From assembly GCA_002633005.1 (NCBI GenBank), contig NMRA01001139.1, positions 1 to 50,126 of the forward strand: DNA of 50,126 bases. The letters run 5' to 3'. Made by a program: the position numbers and the translations under genes. Numbering within the stretch: the first letter of the stretch is position 1; each line of letters opens with the position of its first letter. The DNA comes from Phoronis australis. Taxonomy: Eukaryota; Animalia; Phoronida. Positions 28,801 to 39,519 of the stretch are shown here, piece by piece. The notes below the pieces were generated by a model. It made no database searches. It had not been told where the DNA came from and saw nothing but the letters and a program-made list of their open reading frames with translations.

Positions 28801-31411
28801 ATTCCTTAACTTGAACTTGTAATCAGAAAGTCTCACTTTAAAGAGGTCTACATGTATATACAAAGATGAATTGTATAGTCACATTTTAGTAACACCTATA
28901 CTTACAAAAATATATTGATCACACTGTAACCAAACTCATAAATACCGGGCTTTTCTGTAGAAAAACCAACCGGAGTGTATCCGGAAAACGAAAATTTTCA
29001 TGCGTTCTCGTAACCCCATATAAACGCCCAAATAAATTTCGAACACACATCTAATTCATTATTAATTATTTACTGACATAATAATAGCATTTTATCAATG
29101 AGTTAAAGTCTCAGTCGTGACTTATATCTGCTAACGGAATTTTTTTTCGAAAATGCTTTTATTTTACTTGAGCGGATCCAGCCTAAAATATGGGAGGTCC
29201 GAATTTTTGAATTTGCGTACCATTTACTGAAAAAATAGCGGGGACTAAACTAAGAAACGGGGTACTACTGTACGTTGAGACCCGTAAATCGTGCATTCAC
29301 GCCGAATTCCTGTAGACTTTTGTCTCGTTTTCTCTGACTTTTTGTTTCTTTGAGGCGGATCTTTTTGCCCACTTCACCAACTGGGGGTCTTGTTCGAGCC
29401 CCGAGTACCCATTTTGTGCGGGCATGTTTTATTTTATTTAATTTTTACAGCCGAGCAGTGGTGGATGAAATCGAAACACCTCGCGATCTCCTCGATCAGC
29501 TTGATGTGCAGGGAATCATTGGAATTGGAAATTACAGCGAGTTAATGGAACTACTGGAGAACCATAGATTGATCAAACTTAAAAGAGAGGTGGAGAAACT
29601 GGCTAATGAAATGGAAAGAATTCTAGGTAATATGGATCACCTTCATACACCCATTTTTTGACAATATTGTAGTTGTCAACCAAGTGACAGTTGTCCTTGT
29701 GCAGGCGTATGTTGCATAGGCAAGAGAACGCATGGTCGTGTAAAACTTTATTTATCATTGCTACTTACAAGCAAATCCCATGGTCAAAGTAGCTTCCATA
29801 ACGATAATCTTTTGCTTTCAGAATTTAATCCTAGAGTTGCTACCACGGGATTCAGTTTATCTCCAACTGTAAAACAGTTGGAGCGTTGCTTCGCCTTTTA
29901 AGCCTAATCCAGTGCTGCAGGCGTGTGCCCACCCAATGCCAATTCATTCCCAAGTTATGAAAGCCTCATATGCTGATTAGATATGTGGGCATGCGCATTC
30001 CACAATTTAACCCTGATACGCTAGGTATCACGGGCTTCAGTTTGGCTCTAACTGTAAAGCAGTTGCAGCTCTGCTATCCCTTTTAAGCCTAACCCTGAGC
30101 TAGAAATCTTCATTTTCAAGTTACGAAAGCCTCTTATGCTGCTTACATGTACAGTAGATGTGTGAGCATGCGCAGTACACAGTTTACATTATTCTCTTCA
30201 CTTTGATGGTTCACACTGCATGTCCCTGAGTTTAAATTTTGAAGATATTTTGAGATGTTTGAAGATAGTTTGACGACACTTGCAATACCGGAAGCCAGGC
30301 TCAGGAGGATGACATTTTATCAGTTTCTAAAGGTGTGTTTTAATGGATTGTGGTAGTAAAACTGAGTGCAATTTAGCACCTGAAACTGACGATGACTGTA
30401 TTGGGAAACGGATTTCAAGGACCCCGATCACGGCGATGTTTTGAACGAGCTGCCGCGAGATCACATTGCATTGTTTGATGCATACTATGATTAATAGGTT
30501 ACACCCGTCATGCACAATACTGCGCTTCCCAAACACGATGAAAATACATCATAGCTGTATAGCTTCATGACTTTTTGACTTTTTCATAGACCAAGTGTTC
30601 TCGGCTATAGCACATGAACATTTAGAATATACGGTGACACACATGACTTTAGATTCCGGCACACTGTGCGTAAAATGTCATCTTCCAATTTTTGGATACT
30701 TAATCTTCTTAAAAGAGACAGGAGTTGCGAAGATACTGAAAAATCGGTTGATATTAGCAAAGTGATGCCAAATGGCTATCAAGCGTGGCGATTCATGAAA
30801 ACGATCGCTTGAAATAGGGTTGCAAAATTTGTGTCAAAACTATTTCACAACAGTGCACGGGTATCCGACAGGGAATCAGAAAAGGAGTGTAAATCAAGTC
30901 AGTTTATTTATTGTCCATCAAAGTAAAACAAGGGAAAACATTAGCCGCAGGTTAATACATGTATATCGACAATTAAATACTTCAGTTACTCAATAAATAG
31001 ATACATGTATATGTACATGTATACCGACAAATAAATGCATCAGTTACTCAATAAATAGATACATGTATATGTACATGTATACCGACAAATAAATGCATCA
31101 ATTACTCAATAACTATGTACATGTATATGGAATTAGAACAAAGAATAAAACACTATATATAAATTAACAATTAGCATAGGCGAGATGATGTCTGTGTAAG
31201 AAATTCACAGAGTATCGAGCGTTTCGCCTTTTGATTATTCATTAATGGGGTGATTAACTTATTTCAAACACCAGATTTATCTCACTTACCCATTGTAGCA
31301 CTTAGAGCTACGTCTTTTATATAACGGGAGTCAAATTTATTTTGCGATCAAACACTTTGACACTACAGAACAGTTTCTTCTTTTTCAGGTACACCAGGGG
31401 AACAGGTATGA
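4825..31411 (+). CDS. Spliced gene model, about 610 aa: ANK x4 + cap - ZU5 - UPA-like - DED. Exons: 4825-4890, 5023-5118, 5670-5768, 6335-6433, 6960-7061, 12800-12856, 14704-14830, 20088-20914, 21866-21920, 25119-25224, 29451-29626, 31389-31411
   Basis: All introns are GT..AG, mostly with pyrimidine-rich acceptors. Phases chain consistently (0,0,0,0,0,0,1,0,1,2,1). Exons total 1833 nt with no internal stop. Domain motifs were recognised by eye. First and last exons are least certain, and extra symmetric exons cannot be excluded. Confidence 0.8.
5023..5118 (+). CDS. Ankyrin repeat exon 1 (DDTALHWAAVEGHTEVARVLCKAGANVNKQGG)
   Basis: ttgtttctgcag acceptor, gtaata donor. Matches the ANK consensus TALHxAAxxGHxEVxxxLxxxGAxVN. 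Confidence 0.92.
5670..5768 (+). CDS. Ankyrin repeat exon 2 (WGRTPLHCAAWDGHTQTVKCLVEHNATVDVRDQ)
   Basis: 99-nt phase 0/0 exon, tacatag acceptor, CAG|gtaatt donor, TPLH..AA..GH motif. Confidence 0.93.
6335..6433 (+). CDS. Ankyrin repeat exon 3 (RDWTPLHCAAGSGHTQTVKCLVEHNATVDVHNK), duplicate of exon 2
   Basis: 99-nt phase 0/0 exon, 90/99 nt identical to 5670-5768, same acceptor context, AAG|gtaatt donor. Confidence 0.93.
6960..7061 (+). CDS. Ankyrin repeat exon 4 (DGDTPLHLASLRGHAAVVELLVHKGSCDVTVVNK)
   Basis: 102-nt phase 0/0 exon, ttactgtag acceptor, AAG|gtatct donor, GDTPLHLA...GH..VVELL consensus. Confidence 0.93.
10505..10800 (+). repeat. Dispersed repeat copy A (homologous to about 33215-33490)
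   Basis: Shared colinear blocks: tagggacaatc, ggaaactcaaagNttggta, tatcggtRctc, gaaaaNttggaat, attgcaRagtctggtggattt, atgaactg...aaactgaaaa. Confidence 0.8.
12800..12856 (+). CDS. C-terminal capping ankyrin half-repeat exon (DGKTAYDVCEDEKIKTLLK)
   Basis: gtttttcag acceptor, AAG|gtatgc donor. GKTAxD...I..LL is typical of a terminal ANK repeat. Confidence 0.85.
14704..14830 (+). CDS. Linker exon leading into ZU5 (RRMRQKTQEKIFIERYGRSKDRPHVAEGANKGSSYLSLGPFA)
   Basis: tttccag acceptor, G|gtgagt donor. Phase 0 to 1 bridges the ANK cap exon and the ZU5 exon exactly. Lies within ORF 14662..15081. Confidence 0.7.
15291..15691. mobile_element. PIF/Harbinger-type MITE
   Basis: About 40-bp imperfect TIRs (GGCCCAGTCTCTAATCTTTTTACTCGAAA / TTTCGAGTACAACGATTAGAGACCGGGCA) flanked by a CAG target-site duplication (15288-90, 15692-94). 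No coding capacity. Confidence 0.85.
20088..20914 (+). CDS. Large exon encoding a ZU5 domain and a UPA-like beta-rich region
   Basis: ccctttag acceptor (phase 1), CAT|gtaagt donor. Starts TIDGASGGDFRWKEVTLKVPPNAI (ZU5 pattern DxxGG...VxLxIPPxAI), then LSTPVEV and FYTKTFAYFHI. Corresponds to ORF 20132..20998, the longest ungapped ORF in the track. Confidence 0.8.
21866..21920 (+). CDS. Short Ser/Thr-rich linker exon (GLSNSAAKFSTSPTSGIA)
   Basis: Long T-rich acceptor tttttctttggttttag, G|gtaaga donor. Phase 0 to 1 fits both neighbours. Confidence 0.7.
25119..25224 (+). CDS. Death effector domain, first half (ETTNARKLHLKLLRTVSLGLKNEEFKRLRADCYWL)
   Basis: ttactag acceptor, TA|gtaagt donor. Matches DED helix 1-2 pattern LLxxIsxxLxxEExxxLkxxC. 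Phase 1 to 2. Confidence 0.8.
26079..27219 (+). mobile_element. Helentron-associated non-autonomous element (HINE/DINE-1-like)
   Basis: T-run start, short inverted sub-termini TGCGCC...GGCGCA, (TCCG)n microsatellite at about 26126, degenerate internal repeats of about 150 bp (CCTAGTGG core), 3' hairpin CAACGC-tcc-GCGTTG. Confidence 0.7.
27368..28267 (-). mobile_element. Solo LTR (900 bp) in the intron splitting the DED
   Basis: Termini TGTCAG...CTGACA, perfect 5-bp TSD ATGTA (27363-67, 28268-72). Minus-strand TATA-like (about 27945) and AATAAA (about 27460). Confidence 0.8.
29451..29626 (+). CDS. Death effector domain, second half (YRAVVDEIETPRDLLDQLDVQGIIGIGNYSELMELLENHRLIKLKREVEKLANEMERIL)
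   Basis: atttttacag acceptor; phase 2 completes codon TA+C; G|gtaata donor. Matches DED pattern DLxxxLxxxxxIxxxNxxxLxxLL. Lies within ORF 29350..29661. Confidence 0.85.
29824..30186. repeat. Diverged tandem duplication, two units of about 185 bp
   Basis: Repeated blocks cacgggMttcagttt...aactgtaaaRcagttg...ccttttaagcctaa...caagttaYgaaagcctc...gcatgcgca. Confidence 0.85.
30956..31128. repeat. Minisatellite, 58-bp unit, about 3 copies
   Basis: Unit tacatgtataccgacaaataaatgcatcagttactcaataaatagatacatgtatatg; accgacaaat recurs at 31023 and 31081. Confidence 0.95.
31389..31411 (+). CDS. Putative terminal coding exon (GTPGEQV*)
   Basis: Strong tttcttctttttcag acceptor, phase 1, TGA at 31409-31411, AATAAA near 31667. 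CAG|gtatga could alternatively be a donor. Confidence 0.55.
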
Positions 31412-31461
31412 TAGCGAATCTTGGACCCATCGGACTAGCACTGCTCCGTAGTGGCAGGTTT

Positions 31462-32190
31462 ACTTTTTTACGCCTGCATCTGTCTCATGCAAGTTCTTGG
31501 ATAGACGTTCATGACTAACAAAAGGCGACAACGCCTTTCTATCCTCTGACAGTTGTGGCCATTCAGTACCATCTTATTTCAAAATAACAATTCCTTTATC
31601 GATATCATTGGTGTCTGTCAAAAAGCTAGAAAGGATCGTTATCAGAATTGGCAGCTGTGCCTGGGGAATAAAGGGCAGCTGAACTTGATTTTCGCCCTAG
31701 TGGGTTTTTCCATCCGTGGCTGAATCTTCCTAACCTTGTGCAAGAACTGTGTGAAAGTTGTCGCATGTGTTCATTCGGAGCTGAAAACAGAAGGTGATCA
31801 GTTTCAGACCAGACCGACGACTGGTGTGCCCCCTAGTTGCAACATAACTGATTTGTGTATTCTTGCAGATGTTCGCAGTCAGTTCGTGCACGGACTTCTG
31901 TGAAATTTGGAAAATTGAATGTATTTCTACTGAAAAAACGTAGACCTTTCACCATTTTTGGGCATATTCCATTTATTTGCGCCATCTGCTGGCCGTTGTT
32001 TATGATCTCAGGTATGTTTTATCGCATGTCTATTTCTGTATCTTACTGGTCCTGGGGTAGTTTAACTCAGTCGATGTGTTCTTGATGAGAATATCACAAT
32101 TAACAATGATTTTTGAATGAGTTTGGCAGTTGTACTTGTAGTGATCTATTGTGGTTATTTTGATTTTTTTTACGTCCACGGGTATCTCCT
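31462..32190 (+). mobile_element. Decayed HINE-like element related to 26079-27219
   Basis: ccgacgactggtgtgccccctagttgcaa (about 31815) matches ccgactactggtgtgccccaagttgcaa (about 26227). Similar T-run start. Boundaries approximate. Confidence 0.5.
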
Positions 32191-32389
32191 TAAATTTGGC
32201 ATAAAATGAGCTAATTGCCTTTTAGACATATTAAATATCTAATATTTGGTTCAACACATCATTGTTTCATTTTATTTCACCCAGGAACGAATTATTGTGG
32301 ATAAATAAAACAACAAGAACAATATATTTTCTTAAGTTGTATTGGAAATTTCATGGTCACAGCTCTACAAATAAATATTTCATAGAAGG

Positions 32390-32660
32390 AACCAGATGGG
32401 ATCCTTACTTACAAGACATAACCCACACATTTCCGATACCCAAAGTGTAATTGAGTATCGGATACTAAGTGACACAGGTTTGCATAAAACCAGATGGGCA
32501 CATAATACCAAATGGGTATTGGACGATTGCCTATCAACTGTTCGAGCAAAACGGCAAGTTCAATAACAAGTACCAAGTGGGTACAAACTGCCAAATGGGC
32601 AAATGTCATATAAAGTACCAAGTGGGTACACCAAACAGCCAACTGGGCTATAACAATCTG
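32390..32660. repeat. Degenerate short-period repeat (CCA(A/G)NTGGG core)
   Basis: Recurrent ccagatggg, ccaaatggg, ccaagtggg and ccaactggg; aagtaccaagtgggtaca occurs twice. Confidence 0.6.
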
Positions 32661-33214
32661 CAAGCAGGTTCCGGACAAGCTGAGTCAGCAGACCAGCCGG
32701 AGTGATAAAAACATGTTGTAAGGAACGTGGTGTTGTGGCTTAGTATGTGCCTAGAGCTGTGACCGGGGTCGAGAGTAGCAAGCAATTTTTTTTGATCCGG
32801 CTGAACAAGTGTGTTTGTACGTGGCGTGGTTTGATGCATCTATTTTGTAATGGGGAAACTTTCTACCTACAAATGGCGTCAATGTGCAAAGGTTCTTTTT
32901 TGATGTGCTACCTATCTGAGCATAACTTAGCTTTTCCACAGGTGAGTCACGGTAATTTACTGAAAGATTCCTCACTGCTAGTAGTAAAAAGAAAGCTTAG
33001 ATTCATTACCACCATTGTTTATATGTACGTGTAGTAAACCATAAACCACTGCTATAATGTTCATGAGCACTGTTCAAAGAGTCAAAAACGAAAATACTCT
33101 ACAAATGCATTCCAAATCGTTTTTCAATTCCGTGAGCATTGGGCATAGTGCCACGTTTTTCGGCAGCTTGGAAGTTGCACGCTGTGCAAGTGCAATAAAA
33201 TTTTAACTAGGGGA

Positions 33215-33490
33215 AATGATAGGGACAATCCTACATGTACACGTAATGCATCGGATAAACATTTGGTCGGAAACTCAAAGTTTGGTAACAGAAATTCCCA
33301 ATTTCAAAGCATTTATATTTGACAACAAAAATCAGCTATCGGTACTCTGTTGGGAAAAGTTGGAATAACGCCGGTTCCTCAGCCGAAGCACGCCGCCTGA
33401 CCAACGCCTGATGTTTGATATTGCAAAGTCTGGTGGATTTCAAATAATTGGCAGACATGAACTGGCATAAACTGAAAAATTGTGTGTGAA
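33215..33490 (+). repeat. Dispersed repeat copy B (homologous to about 10505-10800)
   Basis: See copy A. Same orientation, diverged. Confidence 0.8.
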
Positions 33491-35111
33491 AAAAAATCAA
33501 TTTTAAAATCAAGGTTTAAAGTAAATTTGCAAAGCTTTAAATCATGAAACAAACGCACCCACTTTAAAGACATAGTTTCACACCAAAACAACTGCTTTTC
33601 AAAACAAATAATAGCACTGTGTGAACCTGTTGCACAGGGCAGTTCTTGTCCGCACAGCTTGGTTAATTAGAAAAGCCCCGCATTAATGACCTTTTCCGAC
33701 TTCAGCCGAGTCAATTCTTAGAACAGGCATAAAATGTGGTTACATAACTGTCTGTGATGTCAGATCAGGAAGACAGCTGTGTATTCCAATGGGTACAAGC
33801 AGTCAACCCTCCAAATTTTTGCTTGCTTCATTTGATAATTTCTCCTTTTGTTGGCATAATTAAGAGCACGTTCGCGAATGGACCAGGCAGAGGGTGATAC
33901 ACGCTATGTCACAGATTCTCTTTATATTTTATCTGTGTGATGGCACTGGCTCCACTGACTCCAGACCACCTTTATTTTTTTCAAAACGCCCCCTTTTGGT
34001 TTCCATTGATACTATCTGTTTCCGGCAAGTTTTGAGTCTGGCGGCAGTTGAGTTAACGTTGAAATATTGAACCTGTGTTATAGATCAGGTGCGACTTTCG
34101 ACTACTTTATTCATGAAAATTTAAAAGATTTTGATAATTTTTTGTCTGTTTTTAGAGCCACATAAAATGAGTACTTTTAATGATTTTTGAAACTGTCAAG
34201 ATTGTCTATTCGTATCACGATGTCTCGGCTGGCACAGGTTTTAGAACATTTTAGTGCCAACCAATGTGTTGAGCTATCTTAGATCTACAAAATAAAACAA
34301 AAAAACGGATTTCATGTCATTTCTCGTCGAAAGTGACTCTGGTAGTTACGCCATTTCACCACAATGAGTAAGGCCTACAAACGTCAACAAAAATGATTTT
34401 TTGCTAATAGTTGGCCTGCAAACTGCGAATCAATCAATCATTTATCAAATTTCGTATTTTCTAGGCACAGAGGGTACTTTACTTTAATTCTGGAAAGTGC
34501 TCGTAGTCATGGAATTAGGATACTTCCTGCACAAACAGCAGTAATTTTGGCAGAAAACCTTTTGCGAGAGTCGAAATTGAAATCTCACTGGTTTTACAAA
34601 GCTCAGTAATCTTATTCGCACGGCTCAAAAACAAAACAAAACAAAACAAAACACCGTCGACAAATCATTTTCATAACATTTTCCTTCAAAAATCATGATT
34701 ACCCCCCTCCCCACTTACGACTTTCCAAATCTTAATCTGATGTATGAACAATATCATTTATTTCTTGGTTTTATCTGTGATTGTCCTGTTAACAAAGAAG
34801 TTTGCTGTGAGTTAGCTGTGGAGTTGTCTGAACAAACGTTATTTTTGAGGAATCTTCAAGTGGTTTGATGCAGGGCGTTGAAAGCAGAGGACAGTGTCAA
34901 TGTGAAATATTCATTGGCAATTACAGGCAAACGCAAAACCTCTGGCCATATTAATGTGGGCGTTATATAGGCGCCAGTGTCCCAAAAACGTCACTTTTGA
35001 AATGTTATGGCTGACTTTCAAGTGACAATGGAGGCTAACTGCATGGAACCAGCTACCAGTGAGAATAAACTTCGCCTGCACAGTGGGAGACACATAGGAA
35101 CATAGTTGAAT

Positions 35112-37785
35112 GGGGCTATTCGGAGAATTCTCCTCGCGGTGTCGCTGCTGTACTAGTGGTGACTAACTTGCGCATGCGTCGCTGTCTGCATGTAAACAAC
35201 TGGTAAAAGATGGAATTTTTATCAAAATACGTCGTCGCGCTAAGCTTTATTACTGCTAATTTCCCTGGTGCAAGTCTTCGACAGGTGGCCACAAATTCCC
35301 AAAAAACCTAAAGTTACTATATTCGTGGACAATTGCGGTCAACGGGGTCAACTAATCGACAAAAAGTGTGTGGATGCTGAAGCCCCGTGTGAGCTCTATG
35401 ACTATGCACTGCAGTTCCATTCGGAGACTACACAACATTACTTGGTAAGTTTTTAGCAATCAGTTTCTATCAACATCGTTCGGTGATGTTATCCCCACCA
35501 GTTACCCCACTGAATAACAGTTTTATTGAGTGGAACTAAGTGCTTCTTTTTGGAAACTCACCCGATGCCGGGTAGGCTAACAGCACATATTCATATTGTC
35601 CTGGGTGGGGTGCGCCCAAAATAAGAGGTGTATGGTACGTGATGCACAGAAGTCAAGAGTGACTTTTTCACAGCAGTTTCTCTTCAAAACTATGCTTTTT
35701 CCAAAAAAATTCTCTAGATGAGTGAGTTTCCTTATTTTATCGTGGACCCCACCCCCAGGACCACCAGCTCAGTTATCAATTAACATGAATAAGCCTCAGC
35801 TTAATTCAGTAAATGTAACATTACATTGGAAAAAAATTGACACCTAGAATGAATTTTACTTGTTGAGATCAGAAGCACATTTTAAGTGTCATGAAAAATA
35901 CACATTGTTAAATCACTTTTAGCCTGTTTCACATATTTTAATTCAGATATTAAATAAGACTTGGGTACAAAGGTTATTAGTTTCTACACATAAACATGAA
36001 GATGAAATGTCAAGTATGTTCTGNNNNNNNNNNNNNNNNNNNNNNNNNNNNNNNNNNNNNNNNNNNNNNNNNNNNNNNNNNNNNNNNNNNNNNNNNNNNN
36101 NNNNNNNNNNNNNNNNNNNNNNNNNNNNNNNNNNNNNNNNNNNNNNNNNNNNNNNNNNNNNNNNNNNNNNNNNNNNNNNNNNNNNNNNNNNNNNNNNNNN
36201 NNNNNNNNNNNNNNNNNNNNNNNNNNNNNNNNNNNNNNNNNNNNNNNNNNNNNNNNNNNNNNNNNNNNNNNNNNNNNNNNNNNNNNNNNNNNNNNNNNNN
36301 NNNNNNNNNNNNNNNNNNNNNNNNNNNNNNNNNNNNNNNNNNNNNNNNNNNNNNNNNNNNNNNNNNNNNNNNNNNNNNNNNNNNNNNNNNNNNNNNNNNN
36401 NNNNNNNNNNNNNNNNNNNNNNNNNNNNNNNNNNNNNNNNNNNNNNNNNNNNNNNNNNNNNNNNNNNNNNNNNNNNNNNNNNNNNNNNNNNNNNNNNNNN
36501 NNNNNNNNNNNNNNNNNNNNNNNNNNNNNNNNNNNNNNNNNNNNNNNNNNNNNNNNNNNNNNNNNNNNNNNNNNNNNNNNNNNNNNNNNNNNNNNNNNNN
36601 NNNNNNNNNNNNNNNNNNNNNNNNNNNNNNNNNNNNNNNNNNNNNNNNNNNNNNNNNNNNNNNNNNNNNNNNNNNNNNNNNNNNNNNNNNNNNNNNNNNN
36701 NNNNNNNNNNNNNNNNNNNNNNNNNNNNNNNNNNNNNNNNNNNNNNNNNNNNNNNNNNNNNNNNNNNNNNNNNNNNNNNNNNNNNNNNNNNNNNNNNNNN
36801 NNNNNNNNNNNNNNNNNNNNNNNNAATTACCTCACCATGCTCTTTTCCCCAAACATGTATTACCTGTTATTTCCACACATTCAGTTGTACCAAATATTAC
36901 AACCCCCCCATGCCAATCCGCCCTCGGGACCTGAATAAGTAATTTAACAAAATGACTTTAAAAATAGCTGTTCCTTTTCAAAGGCTTTGTTCGTTGTCTC
37001 CAATATTGAAAGTAGGCTTTGACAACAGATCTGCACTGGATGGGAAGATCTTGTTGGTTAGCTGCAGTCAAATGCTAAAAACCAATTTTTGTCCATTCAG
37101 GGACGGTGCAGAAGCGATGCATATCTCCTCTGCACGGTACAAGCCTTCAAACCTAAAAACCAAACGTTACGTGAAAACTGACGTGATGGATTACCATTTC
37201 AACGTGTAATAGATTTCCAGAAGACATATGATAGGGAGTAAACAAATAGTCTAATGCAATGGATATTTATCACTCACGTACCCTTTGCCATTGGGATTGG
37301 ATTGTAATCTTAACTCAAACTTTAACCTGTATCGAGTTGACAGCATAAATATTCAGCATTGATTGATGTAACTGCCACTGATAAACTTTTAGAAATCATT
37401 ACAAACAATAATAATGCTTTGATGTACGAAAAGATCCCGATTGCTACGTCCAGTATCGAATCACATATCAAAACATACGAAGATTAACGAGACTCTGGCT
37501 GGCGACTGACTGCCGCGAAGTCGACATCGGCGAGTGCCTCAGTTAACAGGCATCGGTTGAATAAGCATGGAATAATCGTTAAAATTATCACAAACCTTAC
37601 CTTTGTATGAGGTCGTGCTTACTTCCCCTCATAGAAGCACCCTTTTTACGCAATCTCGGATTCAGTTGGCACGGCTGCAAGCCATTTCACCATGTATTTA
37701 AAGGGCTCGCGAAATCGAGGCTGTTAATCTATCACCACTAGTACACGCACGCCCTCTAGTTAGTGTAGATTTTCCGAATAGCCCC
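35112..37785. mobile_element. ISL2EU-like (PIF/Harbinger-related) DNA transposon, decayed, spanning an assembly gap
   Basis: TIRs GGGGCTATTCGGA(G/A)AAT...GTACTAGTGGTGA at both ends with an AT 2-bp TSD. + strand THAP remnant GHKFPKNLKLLYSWTIAV (about 35287-35340). - strand SAP-like remnant LRKKGASMRGSKHDLIQR|gtaag (about 37601-37653). The two face each other. Confidence 0.75.
36024..36824. other. Assembly gap (N run)
   Basis: Run of N. Confidence 0.99.
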
Positions 37786-38039
37786 ATTAGAGTGTGTAAC
37801 TAGGTGTGAGAAGTCTAAACAAGTGAATTCAAATTACTTCCCAGTCCTTCAGAGGGCAAACGTATCCTGTTCCAGGTGATAAGCTGTTAGTTGACCATAT
37901 AAATGCCACCCGTTGGAAGCATGATAGATTTTCGTCCACTGCAGAGGACACGTGAAAGAAGTGAGGATGACAAAGGCTGCTTTTAGTATGAAGTCCATAA
38001 GTACACGACAAGTATTGTATTATCGCCAAGTTAATTTAT

Positions 38040-38420
38040 ACAAAGTAGCATGGAAAACACGAGATAATGAAATGTGTTCTTTGATCTAAATGCCAGTGAT
38101 TTGGCTCAATCATGACACTCCTGATGTTACCAATTCAAAAACAGGTGACCTCGGCACCTCCCTTAACTCACCATCATAATACTGTACAAATAACACCCAT
38201 TCAGCAAAAACAATGTTGCAACAAATCAAATCCAAAAATGATATTTAATGTGACTGTAATCTAGTTTAATACTGGTCATCCAGTTAAGTGGTACAAAGTA
38301 GCATAGAAAAACGAGATATGTAAATCTGTTCTTTGATCTAAATGCCAGTGAACTGGTTTAAGTATGACATTCCCAAAGTTAACTTTTTCAAAATACAGGA
38401 CCCTTTCCTTTAATTTGTCA
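38040..38420. repeat. Diverged direct duplication (about 38040-38170 and 38293-38420)
   Basis: acaaagtagcatRgaaaa..cgagata...tgttctttgatctaaatgccagtga occurs twice. Confidence 0.85.
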
Positions 38421-39519
38421 TCAAATATACTACCCGAAACTGGCCAGTCTGCCTAAGTCACTACCCTTCCTTAAGCTTGTACATAAGTGAACTCTCAGAT
38501 AAGGCTTCGCTTTTTTTGTTAAGTGAGATTGAGTGCAATATGAATTTGAAAGATGAAAACTGAAATACCAGCATCTTTGAAAAAATTGGACAACAAGGTT
38601 TCAACCAGACCACTGACTAAAAATCCTAAATTTTGCTGACAAAATCACAGAAGGTGTGGCTATGTTGCATTTTGCATTTACCTCAGTTTCTACAATATCA
38701 CATCTATAACAACTGGTTAAATCACTCAGACAAGCCAGCAGATTGTACAATGTTCGGATAAAGAGGAAATCGGGAGTATTCCTGGACATCACTGACTGTC
38801 AAGTTCGTTATCTCCCTCATTTGACCATTTTCCAACGCGGTTCAAGGCAGCCAATGGTTAAAAGAAACCTTCATCCTGTTGCAGTGTCAGTCAGCCTTCC
38901 TCCCTAAACGGCTTATCCGTCTTCATCGCCTGTGCAGTTCTTAGAGGTCTGCTTTGTTGTTCTACTTTCTGAAAAATGCAGTTTGTAACACTCTCGAATT
39001 ATACACTTTTGCAGAACTGTGCAGAGCCAGCCAATACACAGGTGCATGGGCGGCGCACCATAGGGGGCTGGAGGGGCTTTAGCCCCGCATATTTTTTAGC
39101 GCTGCGCCGCCCATGAGGTGTGACTGCCTCTGAGTGATCCAATGATTTCTATCTGAGATAATTCATTTGACTTATGGAGTGTAATATGTAAAACGACCCT
39201 AAGTACAACCTGAAAAAAACACTGCGGGTACTTGATTTGTATTTGCCAGTTTGACCGGATTCCTTTGGACATCAAGAGAATGTTACATCCAGATTCTAAT
39301 CGTCGACCTATTGTGACTCCTAAAACATAACAACACACTATAATTTCAAGAATTACATAATTTACTGACAGCTGAAGTGAAAAGAAATTGCGGCATGCAC
39401 GTTGTCAATTAAAATTGAAATTTATAATGCTGTGACTACCGCATTCACCAATATATCTATAGCAAAAATACTTCCTGTAATGAGCTAAAAAGAAGACTCA
39501 TAACAACAATAATAGTTGT

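Noticed and set aside
30956-31128. Regularly spaced repeats as a possible CRISPR array
   Set aside because: Whole units repeat with no unique spacers; eukaryotic context and no cas genes.
35996-36942. Two ORFs of about 310 aa in the track
   Set aside because: Artefacts of translating through the N gap.
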